64,000 nt of DNA. Source: an uncultured Candidatus Poseidoniales archaeon (GTDB lineage Archaea; Thermoplasmatota; Poseidoniia; Poseidoniales; Thalassarchaeaceae). The stretch spans positions 22,818 to 86,817 of the forward strand of contig CAXGWC010000002.1 in the NCBI GenBank assembly GCA_964013425.1, written 5' to 3'. The notes under the pieces are model-generated. The model was not told the origin of the DNA and searched no databases. It saw only the letters and a program-made list of their open reading frames with translations. Of the stretch, positions 18,348-28,729 are shown in pieces; the first letter of the stretch is position 1, and each line of letters starts with the position of its first letter. Both the position numbers and the translations under genes were made by a program.

Positions 18348-20381
18348 ATGGAGCCACTTGGGGACGTCTCAAATCCAACCTCCTTGGATCCAGACTCCCT
18401 AGGTTTCATGTGTGGTCTAGAGATACACCAACAACTAGCTACTGGAAAACTACACTCTAGAATGCCAGGTGAGCTGTATGAGTTCGGTATTGAAGACATC
18501 CCGGAAGACTGGAATCACTCTGAGAGGAGACTCAGGGCATCCCAAGGAGAGGGGGGTAAGATAGACATCGCGGCAAGGTTCGAACAACGCAGAAATAGAA
18601 CCTTCGTGTATGTTCAACCTCCAAATGCAGGACTAATCGAGTTGGATGAGGCGCCCCCTCTCCCTCATGATCCAGAGGCCGTAGACGTAGTCCTGACAAT
18701 GTCTGCTATGCTACATGCAAAGCCCGTACCCACCCTCCAGCCAATGAGGAAAACAGTAGTCGATGGCTCCAACACGAGTGGATTCCAGAGGACCACACTA
18801 GTCTCTACGAATGGTCAATTGCTAACAGACACAGGAGAAGTGGGCGTTTCTGTGATATGCTTGGAAGAGGACTCTGCGAGAAAGCTCGAGACTAAATCAA
18901 CCCCAGATGGAGAAGTGGTAACATATACTCTTGATAGGCTAGGTCTTCCACTAGTGGAAATAGCCACCGAACCTGATATAATCACTCCCGAGCATGCAAA
19001 GGAATCAGCCATTGCACTGGGCTCCCTACTGAGGGATACAAGAAGAGTAAGAAGAGGTTTGGGTTCTATAAGGCAAGACCTCAATGTCAGTATCGCTTGT
19101 GGCGACAGGGTTGAGATCAAGGGATGTCAGGATTTAGAGTGGATTCCAAGAATAATAAGAATTGAGATGGCCAGACAGCTACACATGTACAGGCTGGCAA
19201 ATCAGTTGAGGGACGAAGCAAAATTACCCCCACTCCCACCCAATCGAAGGGATACTGAGATAACGATAGAAAACAGGGTGGCAATGGCTGCCAGATCCAG
19301 AGTTCCAATGGAGTTCCATGATATTTCCGAATCACTACTTTCATGTGAATCCTCGATGGTGAACAATGCTCTTTCTGAAGGAGCAACTCCTCTCGCTGTT
19401 AGGATTCCAGGATTCAATGGAAAATTGGGCTCAAAGTCTCCAGATCAGGAAGGAGCTCAGCTACCTCGTCTAGGAAGGGAGCTCGCCAGCGCGGCAAAAT
19501 TAGCTGGAGTAGCTGGAATCTTCCATTCAGACGAACTGCCCTCATATGGAATATCAGAAGAAGATGTAATCACAATAAGAACCGCATTGGAGCTTTCAGA
19601 GAGTGATGCCTTCGCATTCTGCATCGCCCCACACTGGCAAGCAAAGCTAGCTCTGGAATCTGTCATAGAGAGATGTAGAATGGCATATCACAGAATCCCT
19701 CAAGAAGTTAGAAATGTTGTTGTTAGAAAGGGTCAGCCAGACGATGGAACGACCACTGCACTAAGGCCCCTTCCAGGTGGAGCAAGGATGTATCCAGAGA
19801 CAGATATACCCATACAAGACATCTCTATAGAAAGATGGGAAGCAATATGCTCAAACCTACCTCTTAGCTCAGATCAGCGATTACAGAGGCTGTTTGAACT
19901 GGACATATCTCATAACCAAGCAGAATCCATTCTCAACGGAGAATTGGACGATATTCTATTCGAGGGAATAGAGGGAGATCTCGCCCTTCCAGCCAAAGCC
20001 TGGGCAAGCGCTCTTCTGGAATTTGGAACTTCAAACGTCCCCGCACTTTCAGTGGCGATCCACCTAAAGGAGACCGGCCAGATAACTAGGGAGGGTATTA
20101 TTCCCCTCGTGGAAGAATCGTCTCGAAGAAAAACCACTGATTTGATTCATTGGATGCTATCTGAGGCTACATCTCAGGGTTTCATCCCCGCTAATAACAG
20201 TGAGGTCGAGGATGCCGTGGATGCAATTATGATAGAGAAAGCCGATTTCATTTCCGAACGAGGGATGTCAGCTGTGGGTCCTCTAATGGGGTTGGTGATG
20301 CAGAGGCTGGGAGGCTCTGCCGACGGCAAGATAGTAAGTCAGGTTCTTAGAGATAAGATAAGCTCAATTTCTAATGATTAG
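18348..20381 (+). CDS. gatE: Glu-tRNA(Gln) amidotransferase subunit E (GatE)
   Basis: N-terminal GLEIHQQL signature; GatB/E catalytic domain and C-terminal GAD/YqeY-like region. gatD not in window. Confidence 0.85.
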   Translation: MEPLGDVSNPTSLDPDSLGFMCGLEIHQQLATGKLHSRMPGELYEFGIEDIPEDWNHSERRLRASQGEGGKIDIAARFEQRRNRTFVYVQPPNAGLIELDEAPPLPHDPEAVDVVLTMSAMLHAKPVPTLQPMRKTVVDGSNTSGFQRTTLVSTNGQLLTDTGEVGVSVICLEEDSARKLETKSTPDGEVVTYTLDRLGLPLVEIATEPDIITPEHAKESAIALGSLLRDTRRVRRGLGSIRQDLNVSIACGDRVEIKGCQDLEWIPRIIRIEMARQLHMYRLANQLRDEAKLPPLPPNRRDTEITIENRVAMAARSRVPMEFHDISESLLSCESSMVNNALSEGATPLAVRIPGFNGKLGSKSPDQEGAQLPRLGRELASAAKLAGVAGIFHSDELPSYGISEEDVITIRTALELSESDAFAFCIAPHWQAKLALESVIERCRMAYHRIPQEVRNVVVRKGQPDDGTTTALRPLPGGARMYPETDIPIQDISIERWEAICSNLPLSSDQRLQRLFELDISHNQAESILNGELDDILFEGIEGDLALPAKAWASALLEFGTSNVPALSVAIHLKETGQITREGIIPLVEESSRRKTTDLIHWMLSEATSQGFIPANNSEVEDAVDAIMIEKADFISERGMSAVGPLMGLVMQRLGGSADGKIVSQVLRDKISSISND

Positions 20382-20431
20382 GATGTAATAAGTATCAAAT
20401 TAAAGTACCTGTTTACGTTGGTTTAATCTCC

Positions 20432-20986
20432 ATGTCTGACAGACTTAGACTAGGCTCCACGGTCTTACTTGTGGCAGTGTTATTCCTATTTCCTTTCATC
20501 AGAGACTCCGTAAACGAAGAGGTCGCTAGGTTCGTTAGCGATAGTGAGTCCTCCCACGACGGACTGCCGACTGAATGGGATGAAAGCCAAGTCATATGCA
20601 TTTACTTCCCAGCTGAATACCCCCATTCTGTATATTCTTCCGGCGTCTCGATGATTGATGCTGATGGTTCTATAATTGGAGTCAATAATGACCTCAATCT
20701 AACCGGCGCTTGCGTGGGGGGGCTAGAGGGCTACACAGATGGATTGAATTTTATGATGGACGCAACAAGGGTCGCTGGAGGGCACTTGGCCGTGGGGTAC
20801 TTCGTGAACCCCAACTGGGGAGAATTCGTTCATACAATTGGAGGTCTTAGCGATAAAGAGATTCAAGGGGACTTTAACGGAGCATACTGGAGCCTGACTC
20901 ACAATGGTCGGTACTCCATGGTCGGAATCGGCAGTTTGGTAATGGAAGAGAGCGATGTAATAAGTTGGAATATAGAGACATGGTGA
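20432..20986 (+). CDS. DUF4430-like secreted/membrane-anchored protein
   Basis: N-terminal TM segment. C-terminal ...FVHTIGGL...GAYWSLTHNG...ESDVISWNIETW fits the DUF4430 signature (YW..NG ... D.I.W). Confidence 0.45.
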   Translation: MSDRLRLGSTVLLVAVLFLFPFIRDSVNEEVARFVSDSESSHDGLPTEWDESQVICIYFPAEYPHSVYSSGVSMIDADGSIIGVNNDLNLTGACVGGLEGYTDGLNFMMDATRVAGGHLAVGYFVNPNWGEFVHTIGGLSDKEIQGDFNGAYWSLTHNGRYSMVGIGSLVMEESDVISWNIETW

Positions 20987-21045
20987 GAACTTGATGAGCG
21001 GAATTATGAATAGACAGGCCCTCTCATCACCGGGAGAGTGATTCA

Positions 21046-21696
21046 ATGCTGGACGCACATGCAATAGTCCTATCCCCCTTCGAGACACTGGTTCTCAACC
21101 TCTCCTTACTGGCAATAGTGGCATGGTCAATGTGGAAGGCCGAGAAATCCCTAGATTCTGGAAATGACCTGACAATACTAGTATTGATCACCATATTCGC
21201 AATCACTGGAAGGATACTCCTCGAACCGCTCCCTAACGTGCAACCGGTTACCGTGGTCGTGCTCCTAGTGGGAATTCATTACGGGGCTACAAGATCTATT
21301 GGCGTGGCCACGATAATTGCAATCTCATCTAATCTAGTAATGGGTCATGGCCTCTGGACATTTTATCAGGCACTGGGATGGTCACTAGTTGGAGTCACGG
21401 GCGCCTTGCTTTCACAGAGCCTGAGGGTCGATGACAAGATTTCCGTTTCTAGGGTGGCCAGTGTCTCATTTGTTGCAGCCTTCGCTTTCGACTGGGTCGT
21501 CTCAGTAAGCGTATTGCACACCCTTCCTCTTGAGACTCTTCCAGTGTACATATTGGCGGGCCTGCCATTCGACTTGGTTCACGGCGTCGGCAATGTCGCC
21601 TTCGCAGCGTGGATGGCCGAGCCGATATCCGATATCATGTCAAGGCACTCTACTAATAGAGAGGTGGTGGTAAGCCCTGTCAAGAGTAGCTCCTGA
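21046..21696 (+). CDS. polytopic membrane protein, possible ECF-type transporter substrate-capture (S) component
   Basis: 216 aa, ~6 predicted hydrophobic helices. Sits immediately downstream of the DUF4430 gene, a known genomic association. Confidence 0.4.
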   Translation: MLDAHAIVLSPFETLVLNLSLLAIVAWSMWKAEKSLDSGNDLTILVLITIFAITGRILLEPLPNVQPVTVVVLLVGIHYGATRSIGVATIIAISSNLVMGHGLWTFYQALGWSLVGVTGALLSQSLRVDDKISVSRVASVSFVAAFAFDWVVSVSVLHTLPLETLPVYILAGLPFDLVHGVGNVAFAAWMAEPISDIMSRHSTNREVVVSPVKSSS

Positions 21697-21703
21697 GCTA
21701 ACC

Positions 21704-22048
21704 ATGGTCCTAGTCACTAGGGCCGATCTAAAGCTAACTAAGGGAAAGATGGCGGCACAGTGCGGACATGCTGTCTCTGACTGTGTACTCAAGGCAAGCT
21801 CCAAGGATAGCAGAATGCTCGACAGGTACCTCAAAGAAGGCGCTAGAAAGATTGTCGTCTCTGCCCCTCATCTAGAAGGACTGAAGAGAATTTATGGAGA
21901 AGCAGCGGAAAGCGGAATAATTTGTTCCATGATAAAGGATGCAGGACACACAGAGATTCCACCCGGAACGATAACTGTAGTGGGGCTAGGCCCCGGAATT
22001 AGAAGCGATATCGATTCAATAACGAGTAGCCTTCCCCTCGTCAAGTGA
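21704..22048 (+). CDS. pth2: peptidyl-tRNA hydrolase, archaeal Pth2 type
   Basis: MAAQCGHA catalytic signature, 114 aa. Confidence 0.85.
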   Translation: MVLVTRADLKLTKGKMAAQCGHAVSDCVLKASSKDSRMLDRYLKEGARKIVVSAPHLEGLKRIYGEAAESGIICSMIKDAGHTEIPPGTITVVGLGPGIRSDIDSITSSLPLVK

Positions 22049-22071
22049 TAATAATAGAATACTTAAAAATC

Positions 22072-22102
22072 GGCAGACTGGGAGAAAATCCCCCAGTCCG
22101 CC
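22072..22102. terminator. imperfect hairpin between convergent genes (possible bidirectional terminator)
   Basis: GGCaGACTGGG-(9 nt loop)-CCCAGTCcGCC with a 7-bp core stem, between the pth2 stop and the stop of the minus-strand membrane gene. Confidence 0.3.
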
Positions 22103-22131
22103 TTACGAATGTTCTGTTACGGTTTACAGAT

Positions 22132-22803
22132 CTAATTGACTGCTTCATCGACCTTGACAGCAACTAGTGCTCCAATGCCACACATAAGACCATCAACTAT
22201 CCAAGCCTGAGCAATTTGAGCGATATCATGACCCGAACTAAATAGAGATGATGCCATCTCACCAGCTCCACTTGTGGTCGAGGATCCTGAAGCCATCACT
22301 GCATCTCCAGCAGCATCAACTCCCACTGCCATTGTCCAATCATAGGACATCCCCATCATCCCTGCAAGAGCCATCACGGCAAATCCACTCACCCAAGCCG
22401 ATTCAGCTCTGGTGTGAACGGTCCAGAAAATAGCGCCTGCGGCAATCATTGTAATTGCGCCCCAAGCATCAGGAGCTTCGAATCCAGGTTGTATAGTCTC
22501 CCAAGGGGAGTCTAGAGCGCCCATTTCTGACATCAGTGCTATGGCCAAACCGGCTCCCACGACCTGTGCTAGTAATCGCATGCCATTAGGCATCCAGTTA
22601 CCTTCCGTATCGCCAAGGTCACTTGTCATTATGTGCATCCACGTTATCACGGGTAGCACATGAGCCCCGGAGAATGCCATCCAAACCGCAGCCATCAAGA
22701 CGGCTGCAGTCAGGTCCCACTCCATTCCAATTCCGATCACGAGCCATGCTACTGCGAAGGCACCGCCGATCTCTGCTTTCATTGCATTCATATCCATATC
22801 CAT
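22132..22803 (-). CDS. hypothetical polytopic membrane protein
   Basis: 223 aa, Ala/Gly/Met-rich hydrophobic segments. No NPA or other recognisable motif. Confidence 0.5.
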   Translation of the reverse strand: MDMDMNAMKAEIGGAFAVAWLVIGIGMEWDLTAAVLMAAVWMAFSGAHVLPVITWMHIMTSDLGDTEGNWMPNGMRLLAQVVGAGLAIALMSEMGALDSPWETIQPGFEAPDAWGAITMIAAGAIFWTVHTRAESAWVSGFAVMALAGMMGMSYDWTMAVGVDAAGDAVMASGSSTTSGAGEMASSLFSSGHDIAQIAQAWIVDGLMCGIGALVAVKVDEAVN

Positions 22804-23030
22804 TTTATTTCCTCCTCACCTCAGTGAGTGGTCAACCACATGACTCATATCTTATAATAGAGACCTAATAAAAATGCTTTAAATGGTAAATTTTGAGGGT
22901 TTTGATAAAAGCCGGTGTAGTATAAAACACCTGATAACTAAAAAAATATCTAGTTTCCACTAGTTTATAAATAATTTTTTTCAGTGCGTAGCACTGTATG
23001 CTATGAATACCAGTTTCATACTCATTTGAT

Positions 23031-24104
23031 ATGCAACCACCTTCTGGGACCCCTATGCGACACTATCCTAGCGAGCTGGTGGACCTAAGAAGCGACACTG
23101 TCACCCAGCCTACTCCAGAGATGAGAGAGGCTATGGCCAAGGCATCTGTGGGCGATGATGTATTGGGCGACGATCCTACTGTTATCGAGCTTCAGGAGAT
23201 GGTAGCAGATATTTTCGGGAAGGAAGAGGCACTCTTTGTCCCATCGGGAACTATGTCGAATGCGATTGCTATTAGGGCACAGACCGAGCCAGGAGACGAG
23301 ATCATAACAGAGAGATACAGTCATATTTACATTTACGAGGGAGGTGGATATGCCGCTCTATCAGGATGCTCAATAGCACTCGTTCCAGGAGAGGGAGGCA
23401 TAATGGATCCAGCCGATGTGGAAGCCTCAATCAGGAAGGGCGATGGAAGCCTCGGGCACTACCCTAACGGTAGCATGGTATGCGTCGAGAATACCTCTAA
23501 CCGTGGAGGTGGGACCTGCTACTCTGAGGAAAAATTGGATGGAATCGCCAAGATCGCCAGGGAAAACAATTGCAGGTCCCACATAGACGGAGCTAGGATT
23601 TTCAACGCTTCAATATCTAGCTCACTGAGTCCTAAGAGAATGGCTAGGGAGTACGATAGTATCTCGGTATGCCTCAGCAAGGGACTAGGGGCTCCTGTGG
23701 GAAGTGTACTGGTGGGGTCGGCCGAAACCCTCTACAAAGCACATAGGTGGAGAAAAATGTTCGGCGGGGGGATGAGGCAGGCAGGAGTACTGGCAGCCGC
23801 TGGGATATACTCCCTGGAGAATAACGTCCATAGACTCTCAGAAGATCATCACAGGGCTATGGAGATAGCAACGGCTGTTGAAAGAATGGATTCCTACGAA
23901 GTCGATCTTGAACAAGTACAAACTAACATGGTGTATGTAAAATGTGACCAGGGAGGGGCCGAATCGCTAATCCATAGATTGGAGAAGTTGGGCATCCAAG
24001 CCCTTACAATTGACAGCTCCACAATAAGAATAGTAACGCACCTTCACATTACTGACGATGATGTACAGAGGACAATCAGTGCCCTAGAATCAGCACAACC
24101 ATGA
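23031..24104 (+). CDS. ltaE: low-specificity L-threonine aldolase
   Basis: DLRSDTVT motif, PLP fold-type I features (GTMSNAIA...VCVENTSN), PLP-lysine region [14 protein letters not shown]. Confidence 0.85.
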   Translation: MQPPSGTPMRHYPSELVDLRSDTVTQPTPEMREAMAKASVGDDVLGDDPTVIELQEMVADIFGKEEALFVPSGTMSNAIAIRAQTEPGDEIITERYSHIYIYEGGGYAALSGCSIALVPGEGGIMDPADVEASIRKGDGSLGHYPNGSMVCVENTSNRGGGTCYSEEKLDGIAKIARENNCRSHIDGARIFNASISSSLSPKRMAREYDSISVCLSKGLGAPVGSVLVGSAETLYKAHRWRKMFGGGMRQAGVLAAAGIYSLENNVHRLSEDHHRAMEIATAVERMDSYEVDLEQVQTNMVYVKCDQGGAESLIHRLEKLGIQALTIDSSTIRIVTHLHITDDDVQRTISALESAQP

Positions 24105-24140
24105 GTAACTCTTCAATAATACAATCTTCCGGCGTTCATT

Positions 24141-25082
24141 ATGAGGGTTATCCTAGCAGTGATGATGTCCGCAGTGATTCTCCTTCCATTGCAGGCCAGT
24201 GCAGCCACAGAACAGTTCTGGGATCACGCTAGGTACGACTCCGACGGTTTGCAAGTAGACGGCGGAACGATTGGTTTCACTACGCATTGGAACCTCTCCT
24301 CTAACAATGACACCGGAGAAAACCACTCCTACAATGTAGATGAAATGCCAATTTTAGTCGAGATATACACCGCTACATGGTGCACTAACTGCGTAACCAC
24401 GCAAGGCATAATGAGCGATGCTATAGGGGACTCAGATGTGGAAATGATACACTATCACAGACATTGGTTCGAGCCACGCGACCCTTTCGGGAGTAATAGT
24501 ACTGAAGAGCGATGGACGAACACATACGGTCACGCAGTGACACTCAACGGCGGGGCACCTCGGCTAGCACCCACCAAAGTAGTTGATGGGGAGAGAATGC
24601 ATTACGGGTCTAGGGCCAACTCAGACTCTCTGATGGACGATTATACAGCTTCCCTATCCAAGGGGCCTAACGGGCTCCTCAATGGAAATATATCACTGAA
24701 TCTACATCAGTTAGAGGACTTCATTAGTTTTGATTGGGACATTTCCTCGCTAGCTATTGCCACACAAAAAGAGTATAGCTTGGAACCATGGATTCTTCTA
24801 ATAGAAGAGGAGGCATATTTCCCAAATGGGTCGAATGGATTGGAGACGTACGAACACGTTCTCCTTGAGGCACTTTCACTAGACTCAAGTAAGAACTCAT
24901 CAGGAGTCATTGAAGTCCCCCTCCCCTCGCTATGGGATGGAGACGACCTGAAAGTGGCATTATTGGTCGATTGGCTCGTTGAATACTCTCCGTCTGGATC
25001 CCCCCTTCCGCCTCCAAGCATAGTCTATCTGCTCACATCATTGGTTGCTATGGCTTACGTTAGAGGTCCTAGACTGTCCTAA
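24141..25082 (+). CDS. secreted thioredoxin-fold protein (WCxxC) with C-terminal membrane anchor
   Basis: Signal peptide; VEIYTATWCTNCV thioredoxin-like active-site motif; C-terminal hydrophobic IVYLLTSLVAMAYV. Confidence 0.5.
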   Translation: MRVILAVMMSAVILLPLQASAATEQFWDHARYDSDGLQVDGGTIGFTTHWNLSSNNDTGENHSYNVDEMPILVEIYTATWCTNCVTTQGIMSDAIGDSDVEMIHYHRHWFEPRDPFGSNSTEERWTNTYGHAVTLNGGAPRLAPTKVVDGERMHYGSRANSDSLMDDYTASLSKGPNGLLNGNISLNLHQLEDFISFDWDISSLAIATQKEYSLEPWILLIEEEAYFPNGSNGLETYEHVLLEALSLDSSKNSSGVIEVPLPSLWDGDDLKVALLVDWLVEYSPSGSPLPPPSIVYLLTSLVAMAYVRGPRLS

Positions 25083-25123
25083 ATGCTATTTATGTCAGTT
25101 GGGTTGAATAACCTCCGCCGTCC

Positions 25124-28100
25124 ATGGTTGATTCTAGGAGGGACTCGATGGAGCCGAATGTGGACTCAATTACAATTGAAGAGATACCTGTTGGAGCAAT
25201 TCCCAACTGGCTCTTCGATCATTTCGTCGACCAGGCAATAGATCCTAGGCCCGTTTCCAAAGGGGGCCCTTCGAAAGTCCTAACAATATACTCCAATGAG
25301 AACAGTAGAAGACAACACATGTCTATGCTCAGCAACATAGGTTTCGCTTTCGACAGGACCCTCCACCATACTCTGGAGTCACTCAAGTCCTCCCTAATGG
25401 CGGACCTGAGGATCCCGAGAAAAATCTCTTTAGGACCTTCCTTCGACTTAGTACTGCATAATTTATGCTCAGAAAGAGCATCGGATCTTTCCTTCCCACT
25501 GATCAATCCTCTGCCTAATATGCATTGGGGGGAGGGGAAGACTACTGCTCTCTCAGAGCTACACACTTTCCTCTCAAAAGAGTCCTCAACAGCCTCATGG
25601 GATGGTCCAGGAATGCACTCTTTCAGAGAGATTCTAAGAGACATTGAATCGAAGACGGGAGGAACTCATCCTGATTTTCTGACATCTAAGATACTGGAAG
25701 GTATTGAATTCGTTGAAACTCCTTTCACACTACTGGATATTGATGGTATTATCATGCTAGATCATGCCTCTCCCATCAACAAGTCAGATTCGGAACTACT
25801 CACTGCTCTTTCCAAAATTCGCCCCATTCATCAATTAACATATCCAGGGAGTTACAGGCTTGGATTTCACGGGTTTCAACTGGTGGATGATTTCCCTATA
25901 ACAGATACAGACGATTTGCCAGAATGGATTCCCAGACATGAAATATCCAACCACAAAAATGCCCCAACTGTGAATAGGGTTTTTGTTAATAGAGAGGAAC
26001 AGTCTTTTGAGGCCTCTATTTCGATTGCCAGAGGCTTTCTATCAGAGGAACCCAATTCAACAGTCCTAATCATCGATCCATCATTTGAAGAAAATCAAAC
26101 CAGATGGAGCAAAATGATACATGATTTGGGACTGCCCGTATCTGGACTAAAGAAACCCATAATACATTCACCATTAGGCCACTGGTTACATGAGTTGGCT
26201 AAAATTGGAAACGGCTCTAACTCTTTCTCAATGGATAAGCTAAGATTGTTGGCCTTACAGGAATCGCTCTCCCCTTTTTCTCCTTTCCACAATGAAGATA
26301 ACACCAATGATATTTCACCTCATCCCGATATAGAGCTACTATCTCAAATTGCAAGGTCAGAGCACATTCTAGGAGGACCAGGCGCTTTAGAGAGGTGGAT
26401 GGAGGCTCTATGCAGGCCCTCCAAGAAAGACGAAAAGGGCCCCGCACGTGAATCAACTCAGTGGTGGATGATCGCACTCGTATCGTCAATACTTCCACTT
26501 CTAGATAAGACAGATAGAGAACTTCTATCAAATCAAAGACTTCTCACAGGATGCCACTCCGGAAAACTTCTCGAAGTGCCCAACTCGCCATCTACTGGGG
26601 ATGAGTGGCTCGCTAGAACTTTTCAACAAATAGACACCGCTATCACAATTGACTCTCTGGATGGAAACGCAATACCAATATCGTCCATAATAAAGGCAAT
26701 CACATCTGAGCACGAGTCCTTGAGGTCACTGCAAAGATCAGTCGGACAGCCTCCTCCTGCAGGAGGGTCAGAATGGGTATCAGAGCTATCATCCATACTC
26801 AAGACCGCTTCTCTTCCGGTTCCGGTATCAGGCATCAGCTCAAGACTAAGAGTCATGGCGCCAAAAGACGCTCTTGGTTGCAACTCAGACATAGCTATAC
26901 TGGCAAATACATCAGCACCCTCATGGAATCTCAGATCGCCAAAAATACCCTTCATAGGAGAAATGGAGAGACACAAATTCGAGCTTCTGAGGCCAGACGT
27001 TCCTATTACCAAGGCACGTCATCACCTGTATCACATTCTCAATTGCTGTAGTAAAGTGATTTTGATAGACCCCAGCTTGGATAAGTCCACACCTCTAGCA
27101 CCTCCCTTGGAGGAGATCTTAGCTTACTGTACCTCACCAGTCCACTTCGATCCAAACTCCGAGGAGAATCTCGGCCCTAGGGACATTAAGCAACTTGATG
27201 GAATACTACTCCGAAACATGAAGAATTCAAGCAATCCACCCCTCAATCCCAGTGCGATTACCATTCCCCTCGATGTAGAGCTTCAGAGGGATAGGGAGAG
27301 AAGGCAACCTAGCAAGGCTGACTCAGAAGGATACCTTCCAGCCGAATATAGAAACAGGGTTATTTTGTTCGACTACGACGATTTGACAAGAAAGACTCCA
27401 GAGGGAGTAGAAAATCCTCGTAATTCTACTATTTGGCCAGTCATTGGAGCCACCAGTAGCGACGGGAAGAACTCCGTAACCATTGATCCCAGACCATTTA
27501 CTCCGATACCGTCCGGTTCAGCTGTATCGGATAGCAGACATGGCCATTCAGACGGCGCCAATCAGGAAATACAACTATGGTCTCCAAGCAGGCTTCAAGA
27601 ATGGGCTATGTGCCCTCGAAGAGGATGGCTATCAAGAGGACTCAGAATTAGAGAGGAAGAGACACAGAGCGAAGATCTTGATCCGAGAATCCATGGGGAC
27701 CTCCTTCACCAGGTACATCACGATCTTATTTGTGAGGTCCTAGGCATGCAAGAGCAAGTGGAAAGGGACATATCAGGAGCTCTAGAGGGGCATTTTCCCA
27801 CCAATATAGCCGATTCGGGCTTAGAAGAGCAAGACATCATGCAGAAGGCCCTCGAAATCCTTGACAAACTAGCACCATGGCTGGAACGATCTGATGGTGT
27901 TTCCACCTTTAGACTCAGAATGCTCACCGGTATGTCACACATTGAATGGAAAGACTGGCTGGCCAACCCAGTCAGGGCCCCGCTAGGAGGTAGAATAGGA
28001 GCAATGATAAGATCAGAAATGCAACTTTCAGACTCAATGCCCATTGCGTTGGAATGGGAAATTTCTAATGGTTCAGAGACAGGCTCAGAAATTTCTCTGA

Positions 28101-28729
28101 ATCAAAATGAAACCAGTCCAAATCAGATAGAATTGCCTTCCATAATGATCAATGGAAAGATAGACAGGGTGGATATAATTCCATTCGACAAAGAAGGCAA
28201 TGAATGGATTAATGATGACGGATCAATTGAGATAGCGCCATTAAGACTCTTCGAAAAGAATGACTGGAAACCTCGTAGAAGAGTGATTATCAGAGATTTG
28301 AAGACTTCAGAGAAAAAGCCTTCAGATAGGAACAAGGAAGGCCTTCTTAACGAACTTCAATTGGCAATTTATTCCAGAGCATGGGAGATCAACCACCCAG
28401 GAGACTTGGTCGTGGGGGCTGGTATCTCAACCATTGGGCACTCCACAGAACATCTCGTTGAGCCTTCAGCCAACCATCGATCAGAATTAGAATCACTTTC
28501 AGTAGGAACGACCACCTCTCTGACCACCAGATTGCATAGATTCCCAGACGAATCCACCAATCCCAAGAGTGACCCCTTCAGAGCATGGATGGCCCAGCGA
28601 CTTTCAGTTGCATTAGGGGTTGCTAATGGGGCCGTTGAAGGTAGAGTACACCCAACTCCATCCAAATCAGCATGCAGATACTGCCCAGTGAGTAGTATAT
28701 GCGCAGTCAAAATGGAGGATGACTACTGA
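25124..28729 (+). CDS. addB: AddB/RexB-like nuclease subunit: degenerate N-terminal helicase-like region + C-terminal RecB-family nuclease with Cys cluster
   Basis: C-terminal nuclease motifs in AddB order: SPSRLQEWAMCPRRGWL, HGDLLHQVHH, GKIDRVD, IIRDLKTSEKK, QLAIYS, then CRYCPVSSIC (AddB-type Fe-S staple). N-terminal region has no canonical Walker A (KGGPSKV) or helicase motifs. Stop overlaps the start of the downstream helicase gene. Confidence 0.65.
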   Translation: MVDSRRDSMEPNVDSITIEEIPVGAIPNWLFDHFVDQAIDPRPVSKGGPSKVLTIYSNENSRRQHMSMLSNIGFAFDRTLHHTLESLKSSLMADLRIPRKISLGPSFDLVLHNLCSERASDLSFPLINPLPNMHWGEGKTTALSELHTFLSKESSTASWDGPGMHSFREILRDIESKTGGTHPDFLTSKILEGIEFVETPFTLLDIDGIIMLDHASPINKSDSELLTALSKIRPIHQLTYPGSYRLGFHGFQLVDDFPITDTDDLPEWIPRHEISNHKNAPTVNRVFVNREEQSFEASISIARGFLSEEPNSTVLIIDPSFEENQTRWSKMIHDLGLPVSGLKKPIIHSPLGHWLHELAKIGNGSNSFSMDKLRLLALQESLSPFSPFHNEDNTNDISPHPDIELLSQIARSEHILGGPGALERWMEALCRPSKKDEKGPARESTQWWMIALVSSILPLLDKTDRELLSNQRLLTGCHSGKLLEVPNSPSTGDEWLARTFQQIDTAITIDSLDGNAIPISSIIKAITSEHESLRSLQRSVGQPPPAGGSEWVSELSSILKTASLPVPVSGISSRLRVMAPKDALGCNSDIAILANTSAPSWNLRSPKIPFIGEMERHKFELLRPDVPITKARHHLYHILNCCSKVILIDPSLDKSTPLAPPLEEILAYCTSPVHFDPNSEENLGPRDIKQLDGILLRNMKNSSNPPLNPSAITIPLDVELQRDRERRQPSKADSEGYLPAEYRNRVILFDYDDLTRKTPEGVENPRNSTIWPVIGATSSDGKNSVTIDPRPFTPIPSGSAVSDSRHGHSDGANQEIQLWSPSRLQEWAMCPRRGWLSRGLRIREEETQSEDLDPRIHGDLLHQVHHDLICEVLGMQEQVERDISGALEGHFPTNIADSGLEEQDIMQKALEILDKLAPWLERSDGVSTFRLRMLTGMSHIEWKDWLANPVRAPLGGRIGAMIRSEMQLSDSMPIALEWEISNGSETGSEISLNQNETSPNQIELPSIMINGKIDRVDIIPFDKEGNEWINDDGSIEIAPLRLFEKNDWKPRRRVIIRDLKTSEKKPSDRNKEGLLNELQLAIYSRAWEINHPGDLVVGAGISTIGHSTEHLVEPSANHRSELESLSVGTTTSLTTRLHRFPDESTNPKSDPFRAWMAQRLSVALGVANGAVEGRVHPTPSKSACRYCPVSSICAVKMEDDY

